Shown in pieces: positions 43,042-52,436 of a DNA stretch of 63,664 bases. The notes below the pieces were generated by a model. That model worked only from the letters and a program-made list of their open reading frames with translations. It was not told the origin of the DNA and did not search any database. The position numbers and the translations under genes are program-made. This DNA comes from Sulfurimonas sp. (GTDB taxonomy: Bacteria > Campylobacterota > Campylobacteria > Campylobacterales > Sulfurimonadaceae), in contig JBAYYR010000001.1 in assembly GCA_041672945.1 (NCBI GenBank), positions 1-63,664 on the forward strand. The letters run 5' to 3'. Numbering within the stretch: the first letter of the stretch is position 1; every line of letters begins with the position of its first letter.

Positions 43042-44163
43042 TTAGTTTATAGTAAAAAAGTTATGTTTTAGTACTGTAAACTTTGTAGCCTCTTTGTTAT
43101 TATTTAGTCCAAACTTCTCAGCAGCTTTTGGGTTTACTTTAAAATAACCCAAAGTAACTTCAAGCTGGTCGCCACTTTGAAGAGACTCTTTAAACTCTAT
43201 AGCTCTTTTTTCTTTAGCTTTTATCATGTTATCACTAACCACCTCTTTTGCTAACCATGGAGGGGTTGGTTTTCCATCATCACCTATCACTTTAAAAAAC
43301 TTAGTAGTCTCAAGAGGGGTTGTTTTGCCGCCTCTTAGTAGATTTACTCTAAGCTCAACTACTCTAAGTGGATGAGTTAGGAGTGCATGAGGGGATTTGT
43401 TTTCAACTACTATATCAAAACCACCACTTTTTTGATTAAATGCTATATCGATATATTTTAGTAACATCTCAGGCTTATTATGTGGACCCGCAGCACCATG
43501 GTAAGCATGAGTTAAGCTCTCTCTTATAGTTGTAGCACTACCCTCAACTTGAGGCATATGGCAAGTTATACAGTTTTCGTTTTTATCACCTGCTGATTTT
43601 TCATCAGTTCTACAAAGATCAAACCCATGAGAGTTTTGTCTATGTGAGTGACACCCCATACAGACTTGTCCATCATAATAGATCTCATTTGTGTAGTCTA
43701 TATCGTGATAAGGCGAACCTACCGTTTTTTTGCTAAGCCCAAACATAGACGTCTCTACTTTGTACTTTAGCACCTCGTTCTCTTTCCCCTTTTGTGCCGA
43801 ATATAGATGTTTTTTATCTTTTCCATATACATTGCGGTTAAGATCAGCATGCTCTTCTATATTTGTTATAGTATGGCAATCAAAACAAGTTATCCCTGCT
43901 TTTAAATCCTCCTCATTTTTAGCATTTGGAGCATGACACTCAGCACAAGTTGAGTATTTATCTTGCTCTTTTAGAGGGTGATTATCCCACACTGCTGCAT
44001 GGATAGGATCGTTGTATATAGTTGAGTTTCTATGCATAGAGTTCTCATACTCTTCAACTATAAGTGGATGACACTTTGCACAAGTTTGTGTGTTTAGTGA
44101 CTCATGATCTATAGCAAATAGCACTGATGATAAAAAAGCTACAAAAACAAAAAGTTTTTTCAT
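43042..44163 (-). CDS. periplasmic pentahaem c-type cytochrome with a haem-free C-terminal domain
   Basis: Has a signal peptide. Five CxxCH motifs: CAKCH 28, CAECH 73, CFDCH 93, CMGCH 168 and CITCH 198. The last roughly 150 aa have no haem motif. Confidence 0.8.
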   Translation of the reverse strand: MKKLFVFVAFLSSVLFAIDHESLNTQTCAKCHPLIVEEYENSMHRNSTIYNDPIHAAVWDNHPLKEQDKYSTCAECHAPNAKNEEDLKAGITCFDCHTITNIEEHADLNRNVYGKDKKHLYSAQKGKENEVLKYKVETSMFGLSKKTVGSPYHDIDYTNEIYYDGQVCMGCHSHRQNSHGFDLCRTDEKSAGDKNENCITCHMPQVEGSATTIRESLTHAYHGAAGPHNKPEMLLKYIDIAFNQKSGGFDIVVENKSPHALLTHPLRVVELRVNLLRGGKTTPLETTKFFKVIGDDGKPTPPWLAKEVVSDNMIKAKEKRAIEFKESLQSGDQLEVTLGYFKVNPKAAEKFGLNNNKEATKFTVLKHNFFTIN

Positions 44164-44219
44164 AATATTTCCTTTTAATAATTATAAGCGAAATCTTAAC
44201 ATGTAAAATTTTTATTTTA

Positions 44220-44233
44220 TTGATACCTATCAA
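44220..44233. promoter_or_regulatory. perfect FNR/CRP-family palindrome TTGAT-ACCT-ATCAA upstream of the cytochrome c gene
   Basis: A 10/10 match to TTGAT-N4-ATCAA. Its centre is about 63 nt upstream of the cytochrome ATG and about 40.5 nt upstream of the start implied by a minus-strand TAAGAT -10 (44193-44198). Confidence 0.55.
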
Positions 44234-44269
44234 GTAGCACCGCTTAATATAGTTTTTAAGATTTTTTAG

Positions 44270-44275
44270 TATAAT
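44270..44275 (+). promoter_or_regulatory. candidate -10 (TATAAT, preceded by a T-run) for the rpmJ-alpha operon
   Basis: ATTTTTTAGTATAAT lies about 180 nt upstream of the rpmJ ATG. Confidence 0.4.
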
Positions 44276-44452
44276 TTCGTTTCGCTTTGTACTCTTAACA
44301 TTAAAGTAACAGAGTATTTTTAGATGAGACTTAGTAGGTTTTGTTTAAAAGTATTGGTAGTTTTCTACCTGTAGAGTGTGAAGTTTTATAGGTTTTGTGC
44401 CTTTTGGCTTATATCGACAAGCTTTGCTTGTACTAATAAAATGGAGTTTTAA

Positions 44453-44566
44453 ATGAAGGTACGTTCTTCAGTTAAAAAAATGTGTGATGATTGTAAAATC
44501 GTCAAAAGAGATGGCATTGTTAGAGTTATCTGCAAAGTCAAAAAACATAAACAAAGACAAGGATAA
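44453..44566 (+). CDS. rpmJ: 50S ribosomal protein L36
   Basis: Below the ORF-track size cut-off. Manual translation gives [41 protein letters not shown] lies 7 nt upstream and the stop is 2 nt before rpsM. Confidence 0.95.
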   Translation: MKVRSSVKKMCDDCKIVKRDGIVRVICKVKKHKQRQG

Positions 44567-44568
44567 TC

Positions 44569-44931
44569 ATGGCTCGTATTTCTGGTGTTGATTTACCTAA
44601 GAAAAAAAGAGTAGAGTATGGCTTAACATACATCTATGGGATCGGTTTACATGCTTCTAGAAAGATTTTAGATGCAACAGGTATAGACTATAACAAAAGA
44701 GTTTACGAACTAAATGAAGATGATATCGCATCTATCACAAAAGAGATAAGAGAGAACCATATAGTTGAGGGTGATCTTCGTAAACAAGTTGCAATGGATA
44801 TAAAAGCACTTATGGATCTAGGTTCATATAGAGGACTTCGCCACAGAAAAGGTCTCCCTTGTCGTGGACAAAAAACTAAGACAAATGCGCGTACTAGAAA
44901 AGGTAAGCGCAAAACTGTCGGTGCAGCATAA
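44569..44931 (+). CDS. rpsM: 30S ribosomal protein S13
   Basis: [26 protein letters not shown]... Confidence 0.98.
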   Translation: MARISGVDLPKKKRVEYGLTYIYGIGLHASRKILDATGIDYNKRVYELNEDDIASITKEIRENHIVEGDLRKQVAMDIKALMDLGSYRGLRHRKGLPCRGQKTKTNARTRKGKRKTVGAA

Positions 44932-44941
44932 GGATAACTAG

Positions 44942-45334
44942 ATGGCAAAAAGAAAAATAGTTAAGAAAAAAGTAGTTAAAAAAAATATTGGTAGAGGGGT
45001 AATCCACATCTCTGCTACATTTAACAACACTTTAGTAACCATCACTGATGAGATGGGAAATATGATAGCTTGGAGTTCAGCTGGTTCACTAGGGTTTAAA
45101 GGTAGTAAAAAATCTACCCCTTTTGCAGCTCAAGCAGCAGTAGAGGCAGCTATTGAAAAAGCTCAAGTTCATGGCATAAAAGAGCTAGGTATAAGAGTTC
45201 AAGGTCCAGGTTCAGGTCGTGAAACTGCAACTAAAGCAGTTGGTGCAGTAGAGGGTATCCGTGTTACATTTTTAAAAGATGTTACACCGCTTCCACATAA
45301 CGGTTGTCGCGCACCTAAGCGTCGTAGAGTTTAA
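44942..45334 (+). CDS. rpsK: 30S ribosomal protein S11
   Basis: uS11 sequence. Confidence 0.98.
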   Translation: MAKRKIVKKKVVKKNIGRGVIHISATFNNTLVTITDEMGNMIAWSSAGSLGFKGSKKSTPFAAQAAVEAAIEKAQVHGIKELGIRVQGPGSGRETATKAVGAVEGIRVTFLKDVTPLPHNGCRAPKRRRV

Positions 45335-45345
45335 GGAGACTATTT

Positions 45346-45972
45346 ATGGCAAGATATAGAGGTCCAGTAGAGAAGATTGAGAGAAGATTTGGTGTTAGCT
45401 TAAACTTAAAAGGTGAGCGTCGTTTAGCAGGTAAAGCAGCGATAGAGAAAAGACCATATGCACCAGGTCAGCATGGTCAAAGAAGAAAAAAAGCTAGTGA
45501 ATACGGTTTACAGCTAAATGAAAAACAAAAAGCTAAATTTATGTACGGTGTTTCTGAAAAACAATTTAGAGCACTTTTCGTTGAAGCTAAAAGAAAAGAG
45601 GGAAATACAGGTATCAACCTTGTAACTCTTATAGAACAAAGACTTGATAACTTAGTTTATAGAATGGGATTTGCAACTACAAGAAGATTTGCAAGACAAC
45701 TTGTAACTCATGGTCATATTTTAGTAGATGGTAAAAAACTAGATATCCCTTCATATCGTGTTAAACCAGGTCAAAAGATAGAGGTAAAAGAGGGTAGTAA
45801 AAACAATCCACAAGTTGTTCGTGCGCTAGAGCTAACAAATCAAACTGGTATTGCACCATGGGTAGATATTGATGCTTCAAAAGTATTTGGAATATTTACT
45901 CGCCTACCAGAGCGTGAAGAGGTTATTATCCCTATAGAAGAGCGTCTAATAGTTGAGCTTTACTCGAAATAA
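45346..45972 (+). CDS. rpsD: 30S ribosomal protein S4
   Basis: [17 protein letters not shown]... Confidence 0.98.
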   Translation: MARYRGPVEKIERRFGVSLNLKGERRLAGKAAIEKRPYAPGQHGQRRKKASEYGLQLNEKQKAKFMYGVSEKQFRALFVEAKRKEGNTGINLVTLIEQRLDNLVYRMGFATTRRFARQLVTHGHILVDGKKLDIPSYRVKPGQKIEVKEGSKNNPQVVRALELTNQTGIAPWVDIDASKVFGIFTRLPEREEVIIPIEERLIVELYSK

Positions 45973-46000
45973 TAGTTAAAATTGTAAAGGTGTAAGAGAT

Positions 46001-46993
46001 ATGAAAAAGATTAAAACAACTCCACTAGCCCCAAAAGAGTTTGAAGTAGAGCAGATAAGTGAAAATGAAGCTAATATAGTTGCTTACCCTTTTGAGGAGG
46101 GGTATGCTATCTCTTTAGCTCATCCACTTCGTAGATTTTTGCTAAGTAGCTCAGTTGGTTATGCACCAATAGCTATCAAAATAGAGGGTGCTAAGCATGA
46201 ATTTGACTCTGTGCGAGGTATGCTAGAGGATATCTCTGATTTTATATTAAACTTAAAAGAGATTCGCTTTAAGCTTTTAGATGATGCTAGTGAAGCTGAA
46301 GTGAACTATAGCTTTAGCGGTCCATACACACTAAAGGGTTCAGATTTGTCAAATGATGTTGTTGAAGTAGCAACACCAGATGTTCATCTAGCGATTTTAA
46401 ATGAAGATGCTACACTAAATTTTAGTATAAAAATAGCTAAAGGTATCGGCTATGTAGCTAGTGAAGATATAGCAGATGAGCTTGAAGATGGTTATATTGC
46501 ACTAGATGCTTACTTTACACCTGTAAAGAGTGCTACCTACAAGATAGAAAATGTTCTAGTTGAAGATAATCCTGACTTTGAGAAGGTTATACTAAACATA
46601 AGAACAGATGGTCAAATCTCACCAGTTGAGGCATTTAAAAATGCACTTGAGGTTATGTATGCTCAGTTTGCAGTATTTAACAGTGAGATAAGCATAAAAG
46701 CACCAGCTTCTATCGAGAGGATAGACGAGAGTCCTGATCTTAAAAAACTAACTATGAATATAGATGTTTTAGGGCTTAGTGCTAGAAGCTTTAACTGTCT
46801 AGATAGATCAAATATAAGACTTGTAGGGGAGATAGTCCTTATGAGTATAAGCGATCTAAAAGATGTAAAAAACTTAGGTAAAAAATCTTTTGATGAGATA
46901 GTTGAGAAGATTCAAGAGTATGGTTATGAGGTTGGTGCTAGTCTATCTGATGATATCGCTAGTGTACTTAAAAAGAAAATAGAGGCTTTATAA
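46001..46993 (+). CDS. rpoA: DNA-directed RNA polymerase subunit alpha
   Basis: 330 aa in the canonical position, with a C-terminal-domain HhH segment ([11 protein letters not shown]). Confidence 0.97.
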   Translation: MKKIKTTPLAPKEFEVEQISENEANIVAYPFEEGYAISLAHPLRRFLLSSSVGYAPIAIKIEGAKHEFDSVRGMLEDISDFILNLKEIRFKLLDDASEAEVNYSFSGPYTLKGSDLSNDVVEVATPDVHLAILNEDATLNFSIKIAKGIGYVASEDIADELEDGYIALDAYFTPVKSATYKIENVLVEDNPDFEKVILNIRTDGQISPVEAFKNALEVMYAQFAVFNSEISIKAPASIERIDESPDLKKLTMNIDVLGLSARSFNCLDRSNIRLVGEIVLMSISDLKDVKNLGKKSFDEIVEKIQEYGYEVGASLSDDIASVLKKKIEAL

Positions 46994-47016
46994 GAAGCTA
47001 AAATAGAGGAAAAACA

Positions 47017-47367
47017 ATGAGACATCTTAATAGATTTCGTAAACTTGGTCGTACAAGTTCACATCGTGCGGCACTGCTTAAAAACTTAAGCATCTCTTTG
47101 ATAGAGCATGGTAAGATAGAGACTACAGTTGAAAAAGCAAAAGAGCTTAGAAGTTATGTTGAAAAACTAATAACTGTTGCAACTAAGGGTGATTCAAATG
47201 CTCATAGAACAGTATTTGCAGCTCTTCAAAGCAAAGAGGCAACAAAAAAACTTCTAAATGAGGTAGCACCTAATTATAAAGATAGAGCAGGTGGTTACAC
47301 TAGAATAGTAAGAACTAGAATCCGTCGTGGCGATGCAGCTACTATGGCTTTTATTGAACTAGTTTAA
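47017..47367 (+). CDS. rplQ: 50S ribosomal protein L17
   Basis: [17 protein letters not shown]... Confidence 0.98.
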   Translation: MRHLNRFRKLGRTSSHRAALLKNLSISLIEHGKIETTVEKAKELRSYVEKLITVATKGDSNAHRTVFAALQSKEATKKLLNEVAPNYKDRAGGYTRIVRTRIRRGDAATMAFIELV

Positions 47368-47380
47368 TTTTTTTGGATTT

Positions 47381-47398
47381 TTAGACTCTTTAGTCTAA
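47381..47398 (+). terminator. hairpin TTAGACT-cttt-AGTCTAA after rplQ (weak terminator candidate)
   Basis: A 7-bp perfect stem 14 nt after the rplQ stop, with no downstream T-run. Confidence 0.3.
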
Positions 47399-47520
47399 AG
47401 TCCTACTCCGCTTTATCTTTTCTCTTATAATTTACTTAGAATTCTTTTTCTCATAAAACTATAGATAAACTATATATCTTTTGATGATATAATAAGATTA
47501 TATTAATAAATAGGATAAAT

Positions 47521-47796
47521 ATGATTCCATTTAGCGATGAAGAGCTACTAGCCCCAGCAAAACAAGTGATAGATAAAGTAAGACCATCGATAGCTTTAGA
47601 TGGTGGAGATATAGTTTTTTTGACTGTAAAAAACTCTAAAGTCTATATACAGCTAAAAGGTGCTTGTGTCTCTTGCCCTAGTAGTAACATAACACTAAAA
47701 CAAGGTGTTGAGAGAGAATTAAAAATAGCTATCCATCCAGAAATGGAAGTTGTAAATGTACCTATTGGGATGGAAGATAAGCTAGATGATTTATAA
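47521..47796 (+). CDS. NifU/Nfu-type Fe-S cluster assembly domain protein
   Basis: 91 aa with LDGGDIVFL...GACVSCPSS (CxxC). Confidence 0.8.
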   Translation: MIPFSDEELLAPAKQVIDKVRPSIALDGGDIVFLTVKNSKVYIQLKGACVSCPSSNITLKQGVERELKIAIHPEMEVVNVPIGMEDKLDDL

Positions 47797-47812
47797 TATA
47801 TAGGAAACAATT

Positions 47813-48403
47813 ATGGCGATTAGTAAATATAAAATATTAACACAGGCAAAAGAGAGCTTCTCTAAGTCTGATTTTAAAAATGCACTAGAGAAGTTTGCTT
47901 CGGTACTACAAAACTACCCAACATCAAAAGAGGCATACAATGGTGTTATCTTAGCAGAGATGGCACTTAGTGGCGAGGGTGGAGCTGAAGCACTTTTTGA
48001 TTATTATGAGATACTAAAAGAGCAAAACAAAGATGAAGCTGATGATATTATGAGTCAAATACTTCAAGATATCGATGGCTCAATGGAGAAGCTTAAAGAT
48101 GTTTTTGCACTTCCGCTTAGAGATAGACTTGATTATGAAGATGGGATACTCTATAAGGATTTTAAAGCAGTTTTAGATAGTGGTAAGAGTTTTAAAGAGA
48201 CATTTGAAAATATTATGTTCTCAACAAAAGTTATCATAACCGAAAAAGCCGATTTTTTAGACTTTTTAGATAGTCTTATTGAGAACAATTTTGGTGAGAT
48301 GGCACTATCTTACATAGAGAGTGCATTGGCTGCTTTTCCAACCGATAAGTCTCTACATAGGCTCTTAAAAAAAGCTGCTAGGAGTGTAAAAAGTGAAGCT
48401 TGA
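47813..48403 (+). CDS. conserved hypothetical helical protein
   Basis: 196 aa. No motif recognised. It sits between nfu and murE and overlaps murE by 11 nt. Confidence 0.5.
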   Translation: MAISKYKILTQAKESFSKSDFKNALEKFASVLQNYPTSKEAYNGVILAEMALSGEGGAEALFDYYEILKEQNKDEADDIMSQILQDIDGSMEKLKDVFALPLRDRLDYEDGILYKDFKAVLDSGKSFKETFENIMFSTKVIITEKADFLDFLDSLIENNFGEMALSYIESALAAFPTDKSLHRLLKKAARSVKSEA

Positions 48404-49685
48404 GGTTGAGGGCAAACCCTATAGATATATAAGCGATAACACAGATGAGTGTGATAGTAGCACAGCTTTTGTACTCACAAAACAAAACCAAAGATATAAA
48501 GATAATCTAAAAGATTTTCACTCAATCATAACCATAAAAGATGTGGCCGATATTTTTGGCATAGAAGATATAAAAATAGTCGGCATCACAGGGACAAATG
48601 GTAAAACCACAACCGCTAGTGCTATCTACTCAATGCTACTAGATTTGGGCTATAAGGTGGCTATGCAAGGGACTCGTGGCTTTTTTATGAACGATAGAGT
48701 TGTTGAGGGTAAAAGCTTAACTACCCCATCGGTACTTCACACATATAAGCATATCTATCAGGCTCTTAGTGAGGGGTGTGAGTTTTTTATCATGGAAGTT
48801 AGTTCTCATGCTATAGCACAAGAGCGGATAGAGGGGCTTAGCTTTGAGCTTAAAATACTCACAAACATAACACAAGACCATCTAGATTTTCATAAAAATC
48901 TAGCCGAGTATATACAGGTTAAAAATAGTTTTTTTGCAGATGAGGGTAAAAAACTTATCAACAAAGACGAAACAAAAGCATCGTTTAACTTTAAAAATGG
49001 CTTCACCTATGGCATAGAAAACTCAGCTACTTATAGACTAATAGCATACTCACTAAACAATGCCACAAGTGGTATCATTCAACATTTTGGTAAAAGCTAC
49101 CCGTTTGTCTCATCTTTGCACGGTTTTTTTAATCTTTATAATCTTCTAGCTGCTATTGGTGGAGTTCATCTTTTAACTAGCAAAGATCTAGAAGAGATAA
49201 ACAGTGTTGTAGATAACTTTGCAGGTGTTAGTGGACGGATGGAAGTAGTTAGCGATGAGCCAACTGTTATAGTCGATTTTGCACATACTCCTGATGGTAT
49301 AGCACAGGTTTTAAATGCTCTAAAAGAGAAAGAGCTTTTAGTCGTTTTTGGAGCAGGTGGGGATCGTGATAAGACAAAAAGACCTATTATGGGCAAAATA
49401 GCAACTTCACTAGCTAAAAAAGTATATATAACAAGCGACAACCCACGAAGTGAAGACCCACAAGCTATAGTAGATGATATACTAAGCGGTATCCAAAAAA
49501 AAGATAGTGTAGCGGTTGAGCTAGATAGAAAAAAAGCTATAAAAATGGCACTAGATGAGCAAAAAGAGGATGAAGTAGTAGTTATACTAGGTAAAGGTGA
49601 TGAGAGCTATCAGATAATCTACGATGCCCATCTACCTTTTGATGATAGAGAAGTTGTAAGGGAGCTTCTAAAATATAGGAGTTAA
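48393..49685 (+). CDS. murE: UDP-N-acetylmuramoyl-L-alanyl-D-glutamate--2,6-diaminopimelate ligase
   Basis: GITGTNGKTT, a Mur ligase fold and a DNPR motif (SDNPRSEDP). GTG start. Confidence 0.92.
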   Translation: MKLEVEGKPYRYISDNTDECDSSTAFVLTKQNQRYKDNLKDFHSIITIKDVADIFGIEDIKIVGITGTNGKTTTASAIYSMLLDLGYKVAMQGTRGFFMNDRVVEGKSLTTPSVLHTYKHIYQALSEGCEFFIMEVSSHAIAQERIEGLSFELKILTNITQDHLDFHKNLAEYIQVKNSFFADEGKKLINKDETKASFNFKNGFTYGIENSATYRLIAYSLNNATSGIIQHFGKSYPFVSSLHGFFNLYNLLAAIGGVHLLTSKDLEEINSVVDNFAGVSGRMEVVSDEPTVIVDFAHTPDGIAQVLNALKEKELLVVFGAGGDRDKTKRPIMGKIATSLAKKVYITSDNPRSEDPQAIVDDILSGIQKKDSVAVELDRKKAIKMALDEQKEDEVVVILGKGDESYQIIYDAHLPFDDREVVRELLKYRS

Positions 49686-49755
49686 TCTCTCCTATTTATG
49701 TTTTCATATATATTTTTCGATATAATTTAGCAAAAAATCCAAAGGAAATTTAATT

Positions 49756-50130
49756 ATGGGTATTCCACAACCAGCATTTTATATATTTAAGTGTGAGCAA
49801 TCGGCACCTCCAGGGATGCCAAAGCCATCATGTGTGACACCAGAGACTCAAGATCTTTTTCAACATTTAGCGACAAAGCTTATGAGTGAGGGGGTTATGG
49901 GAACTGTTCAGCCGATAAGAACATCATGTCTTAACCGTTGTTTAGCAGGACCTGTTATGCTTGTTGAGCCAGGTCATTTTATGTACTCAAAACTTACAAA
50001 AGAGAAGATAGATAGAATCATAGAAGAGCATATTATAGGTGGAAAAGTAGTTGATGAGTATCTTATAAGTGAAGATATGTGGGGCGAACCTATAAGCCCT
50101 TGCGATATGAAAAAACAGATGGGAATGTAA
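49756..50130 (+). CDS. thioredoxin-like [2Fe-2S] ferredoxin family protein
   Basis: Cysteines at 13, 26, 58 and 62 (spacing C-x12-C-x31-C-x3-C), as in thioredoxin-like [2Fe-2S] ferredoxins. Confidence 0.6.
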   Translation: MGIPQPAFYIFKCEQSAPPGMPKPSCVTPETQDLFQHLATKLMSEGVMGTVQPIRTSCLNRCLAGPVMLVEPGHFMYSKLTKEKIDRIIEEHIIGGKVVDEYLISEDMWGEPISPCDMKKQMGM

Positions 50131-50136
50131 TAAATA

Positions 50137-50502
50137 ATGACAATAGAGATGCTATATAGCAAGATTCATCGTGCTACAGTAACTGATGCAAACCTAAACT
50201 ATGTAGGTTCAATCACGATAGATGAGGAGCTTTTAGAGGCTTCTAGCATGAGAGTTGGGCAAAAAGTAGAGATACTAAATATAAACAATGGTGAGAGATT
50301 TTCAACCTATATCATCTTAGGTGAGAGGGGCAAAAGAGATATTTGTCTAAATGGTGCTGCTGCTAGAAAGGTACATAAAGGCGATAAAGTAATCATAGTA
50401 GCTTATGCTTCATATAGTGAAAAAGAGCTAGAGAACTATAAGCCAAAAGTTGTTTTAGTCGATGATGACAACAATATAGAAGAGATTTTGGAGAATATTT
50501 AG
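50137..50502 (+). CDS. panD: aspartate 1-decarboxylase
   Basis: [25 protein letters not shown] (with the self-processing GS site). Confidence 0.95.
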   Translation: MTIEMLYSKIHRATVTDANLNYVGSITIDEELLEASSMRVGQKVEILNINNGERFSTYIILGERGKRDICLNGAAARKVHKGDKVIIVAYASYSEKELENYKPKVVLVDDDNNIEEILENI

Positions 50503-50504
50503 CT

Positions 50505-50813
50505 ATGTTTGGAAATCTAGGAGATATGAACCAACTACTACAAGGTATGCAAGAGAATATCGCTAAGCTACAAGATGAGGTAAAAAGTAAAACCTTTAGT
50601 GTCAAAAGTGGTGGCGGTATGGTAGAAGTTGAGGCAAATGGAGCAGGTGAGATACTAGATATAAATATAGACGACTCTCTTTTAGAAGATAAAGACTCAC
50701 TCCAAATACTCCTTATAAGTGCCATGAATGATGTTTATAAAATGGTAGAGCAAAATAGGCAAAACTCAGCTATGGGGATGCTAGGTGGGATAAATCCATT
50801 TGCAAAATCATGA
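50505..50813 (+). CDS. ybaB: YbaB/EbfC family nucleoid-associated protein
   Basis: 102 aa with a GGGMVEVEANG motif. Confidence 0.88.
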   Translation: MFGNLGDMNQLLQGMQENIAKLQDEVKSKTFSVKSGGGMVEVEANGAGEILDINIDDSLLEDKDSLQILLISAMNDVYKMVEQNRQNSAMGMLGGINPFAKS

Positions 50814-51568
50814 AAATATTTCTCTTACTTTTAACTACTATAACTTTTCTTCTTGCCGATAGTAGCTCGTTTGAGCAGTGCAAGGCAAAGATAAAAGATG
50901 CGGGAGTTATAAAGCAAGATACCCTCTATATACCACTAGAGAACTCAAAAGCCCTGCTTTACTCAAAAACTCTACCAAAAACAAAGATATACAAACAAGA
51001 TACAAAAAATAATCTCTATATAGTTGATGATACTTCAAACTTTAAGTATCCATTTAAGCTAAATAGATCCTCTACAAATCTTTTTGCTAGTGTAGATGAA
51101 AATATGGCGATGATAGGGAATTTTTTTAAAGAAAAAGATACTCAAGTAGGTTTTAGTGCTTGTGTTAGCGAACCTAGCTTGATACTCACTCCATGTTGTG
51201 CTATCGAGGGGCTAATAACCCATAGCGGAGTTATAACAAAAGAGACTATAGAGAAGTTTTTAGTTGCTACCCCTGAGGCTCCAAAAAAAGTTACACAAAC
51301 TACCAAAAACCCAAAAAACGACATAAGCAATGCTAATCAAGAGGGCCTAAATATACAAGGATTAGTTTTTAACCAAAAGCTAGAGGTTATATCTATAGAG
51401 CCATCTGCTAAAAAGTATGGGCTAAAACTAGGCGATAGACTCCTTAAGATGGGTAATAGTTATGTACAAAACTACAAAGAGGCTACCCTTTTAGCAAAAT
51501 CTCTTAAAAAAGGTGAGACTATTCTTGTGCAAAGGGAGAATTTTCAGTTTTTTGTGAAGCTAAATTAG
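50810..51568 (+). CDS. secreted PDZ-domain protein
   Basis: Has a signal peptide and a C-terminal PDZ-like segment (GLKLGDRLLKMGN...GETILVQRE). Confidence 0.55.
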   Translation: MKIFLLLLTTITFLLADSSSFEQCKAKIKDAGVIKQDTLYIPLENSKALLYSKTLPKTKIYKQDTKNNLYIVDDTSNFKYPFKLNRSSTNLFASVDENMAMIGNFFKEKDTQVGFSACVSEPSLILTPCCAIEGLITHSGVITKETIEKFLVATPEAPKKVTQTTKNPKNDISNANQEGLNIQGLVFNQKLEVISIEPSAKKYGLKLGDRLLKMGNSYVQNYKEATLLAKSLKKGETILVQRENFQFFVKLN

Positions 51569-51580
51569 TTAAAATTTCAT

Positions 51581-52426
51581 ATGCAAAATTTTGAAGATTT
51601 TTTAATCAAACATCTACCTACATCAAAATCTATCCACCCCCACTATGAAGTAGCACTTCAAAAAATGCTTTTAGCTGGAGGTAAAAGGTTTCGCCCCGCT
51701 TTACTTTTAGGGGTGATCAAGGCTTATAATCCGCTACTTTTAGAGGGTGCTTACCATGCCGCTTATGCGGTTGAGTTGCTTCATGCCTACTCGCTTATAC
51801 ACGATGATTTACCGAGTATGGACAACTCACCACTTCGCCGTGGAGAGCCAACTTTGCATGTAGTTTATGATGAGGTAACGGCAGTACTTGTTGGTGATGC
51901 TCTAAATACCTATGCTTTTGAGGTGTTAGCCTCAGCCCCTTTTAGCGATAACACAAGAGTTAGACTCATAAGTGAACTAGCTAAAAATGGTGGCTTAAAT
52001 GGTATGGTTTTAGGTCAAGCTATAGATTGCCACTTTGAAAATCAGCCACTAAGTCTTGATGATGTTAAGTTTTTACATACAAACAAAACAGCAAAACTTA
52101 TAGCAGCTTCATTAAAGATGGGAGCTATCATACTTGATGATGAACCTTTAGCAGATAAGTTGTATGATTTTGGTATAAAACTAGGGCTTTTGTTTCAGAT
52201 ACAAGATGATATTTTAGATGTTACAGCTAGTGAAGATGAGGCAGGAAAACCTACAAATAACGACTTAGCTAAAAATAGTTTTGTAACACTTTTAGGGTTA
52301 GATGGTGCCTTAGATGAGGCAAATAAACTAAGCGATGAGCTTATCAAAGAGATAGAGAGTTTTGATGATAATCTAAAAACTACTCTAAATAAACTACTAC
52401 TTAAATTTATAAATCGACATAGATAA
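51581..52426 (+). CDS. ispA: polyprenyl (farnesyl) diphosphate synthase
   Basis: DDLPSMDN and QIQDDILD aspartate-rich motifs. Confidence 0.9.
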   Translation: MQNFEDFLIKHLPTSKSIHPHYEVALQKMLLAGGKRFRPALLLGVIKAYNPLLLEGAYHAAYAVELLHAYSLIHDDLPSMDNSPLRRGEPTLHVVYDEVTAVLVGDALNTYAFEVLASAPFSDNTRVRLISELAKNGGLNGMVLGQAIDCHFENQPLSLDDVKFLHTNKTAKLIAASLKMGAIILDDEPLADKLYDFGIKLGLLFQIQDDILDVTASEDEAGKPTNNDLAKNSFVTLLGLDGALDEANKLSDELIKEIESFDDNLKTTLNKLLLKFINRHR

Positions 52427-52436
52427 AAGGAAAAAT

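Noticed and set aside
44324-44374. A 16-codon hydrophobic ORF (MRLSRFCLKVLVVFYL) in the rpmJ leader, considered as a leader peptide or type I toxin.
   Set aside because: It has no Shine-Dalgarno sequence, it is too short for known type I toxins, and it is likely a chance ORF in structured leader RNA.
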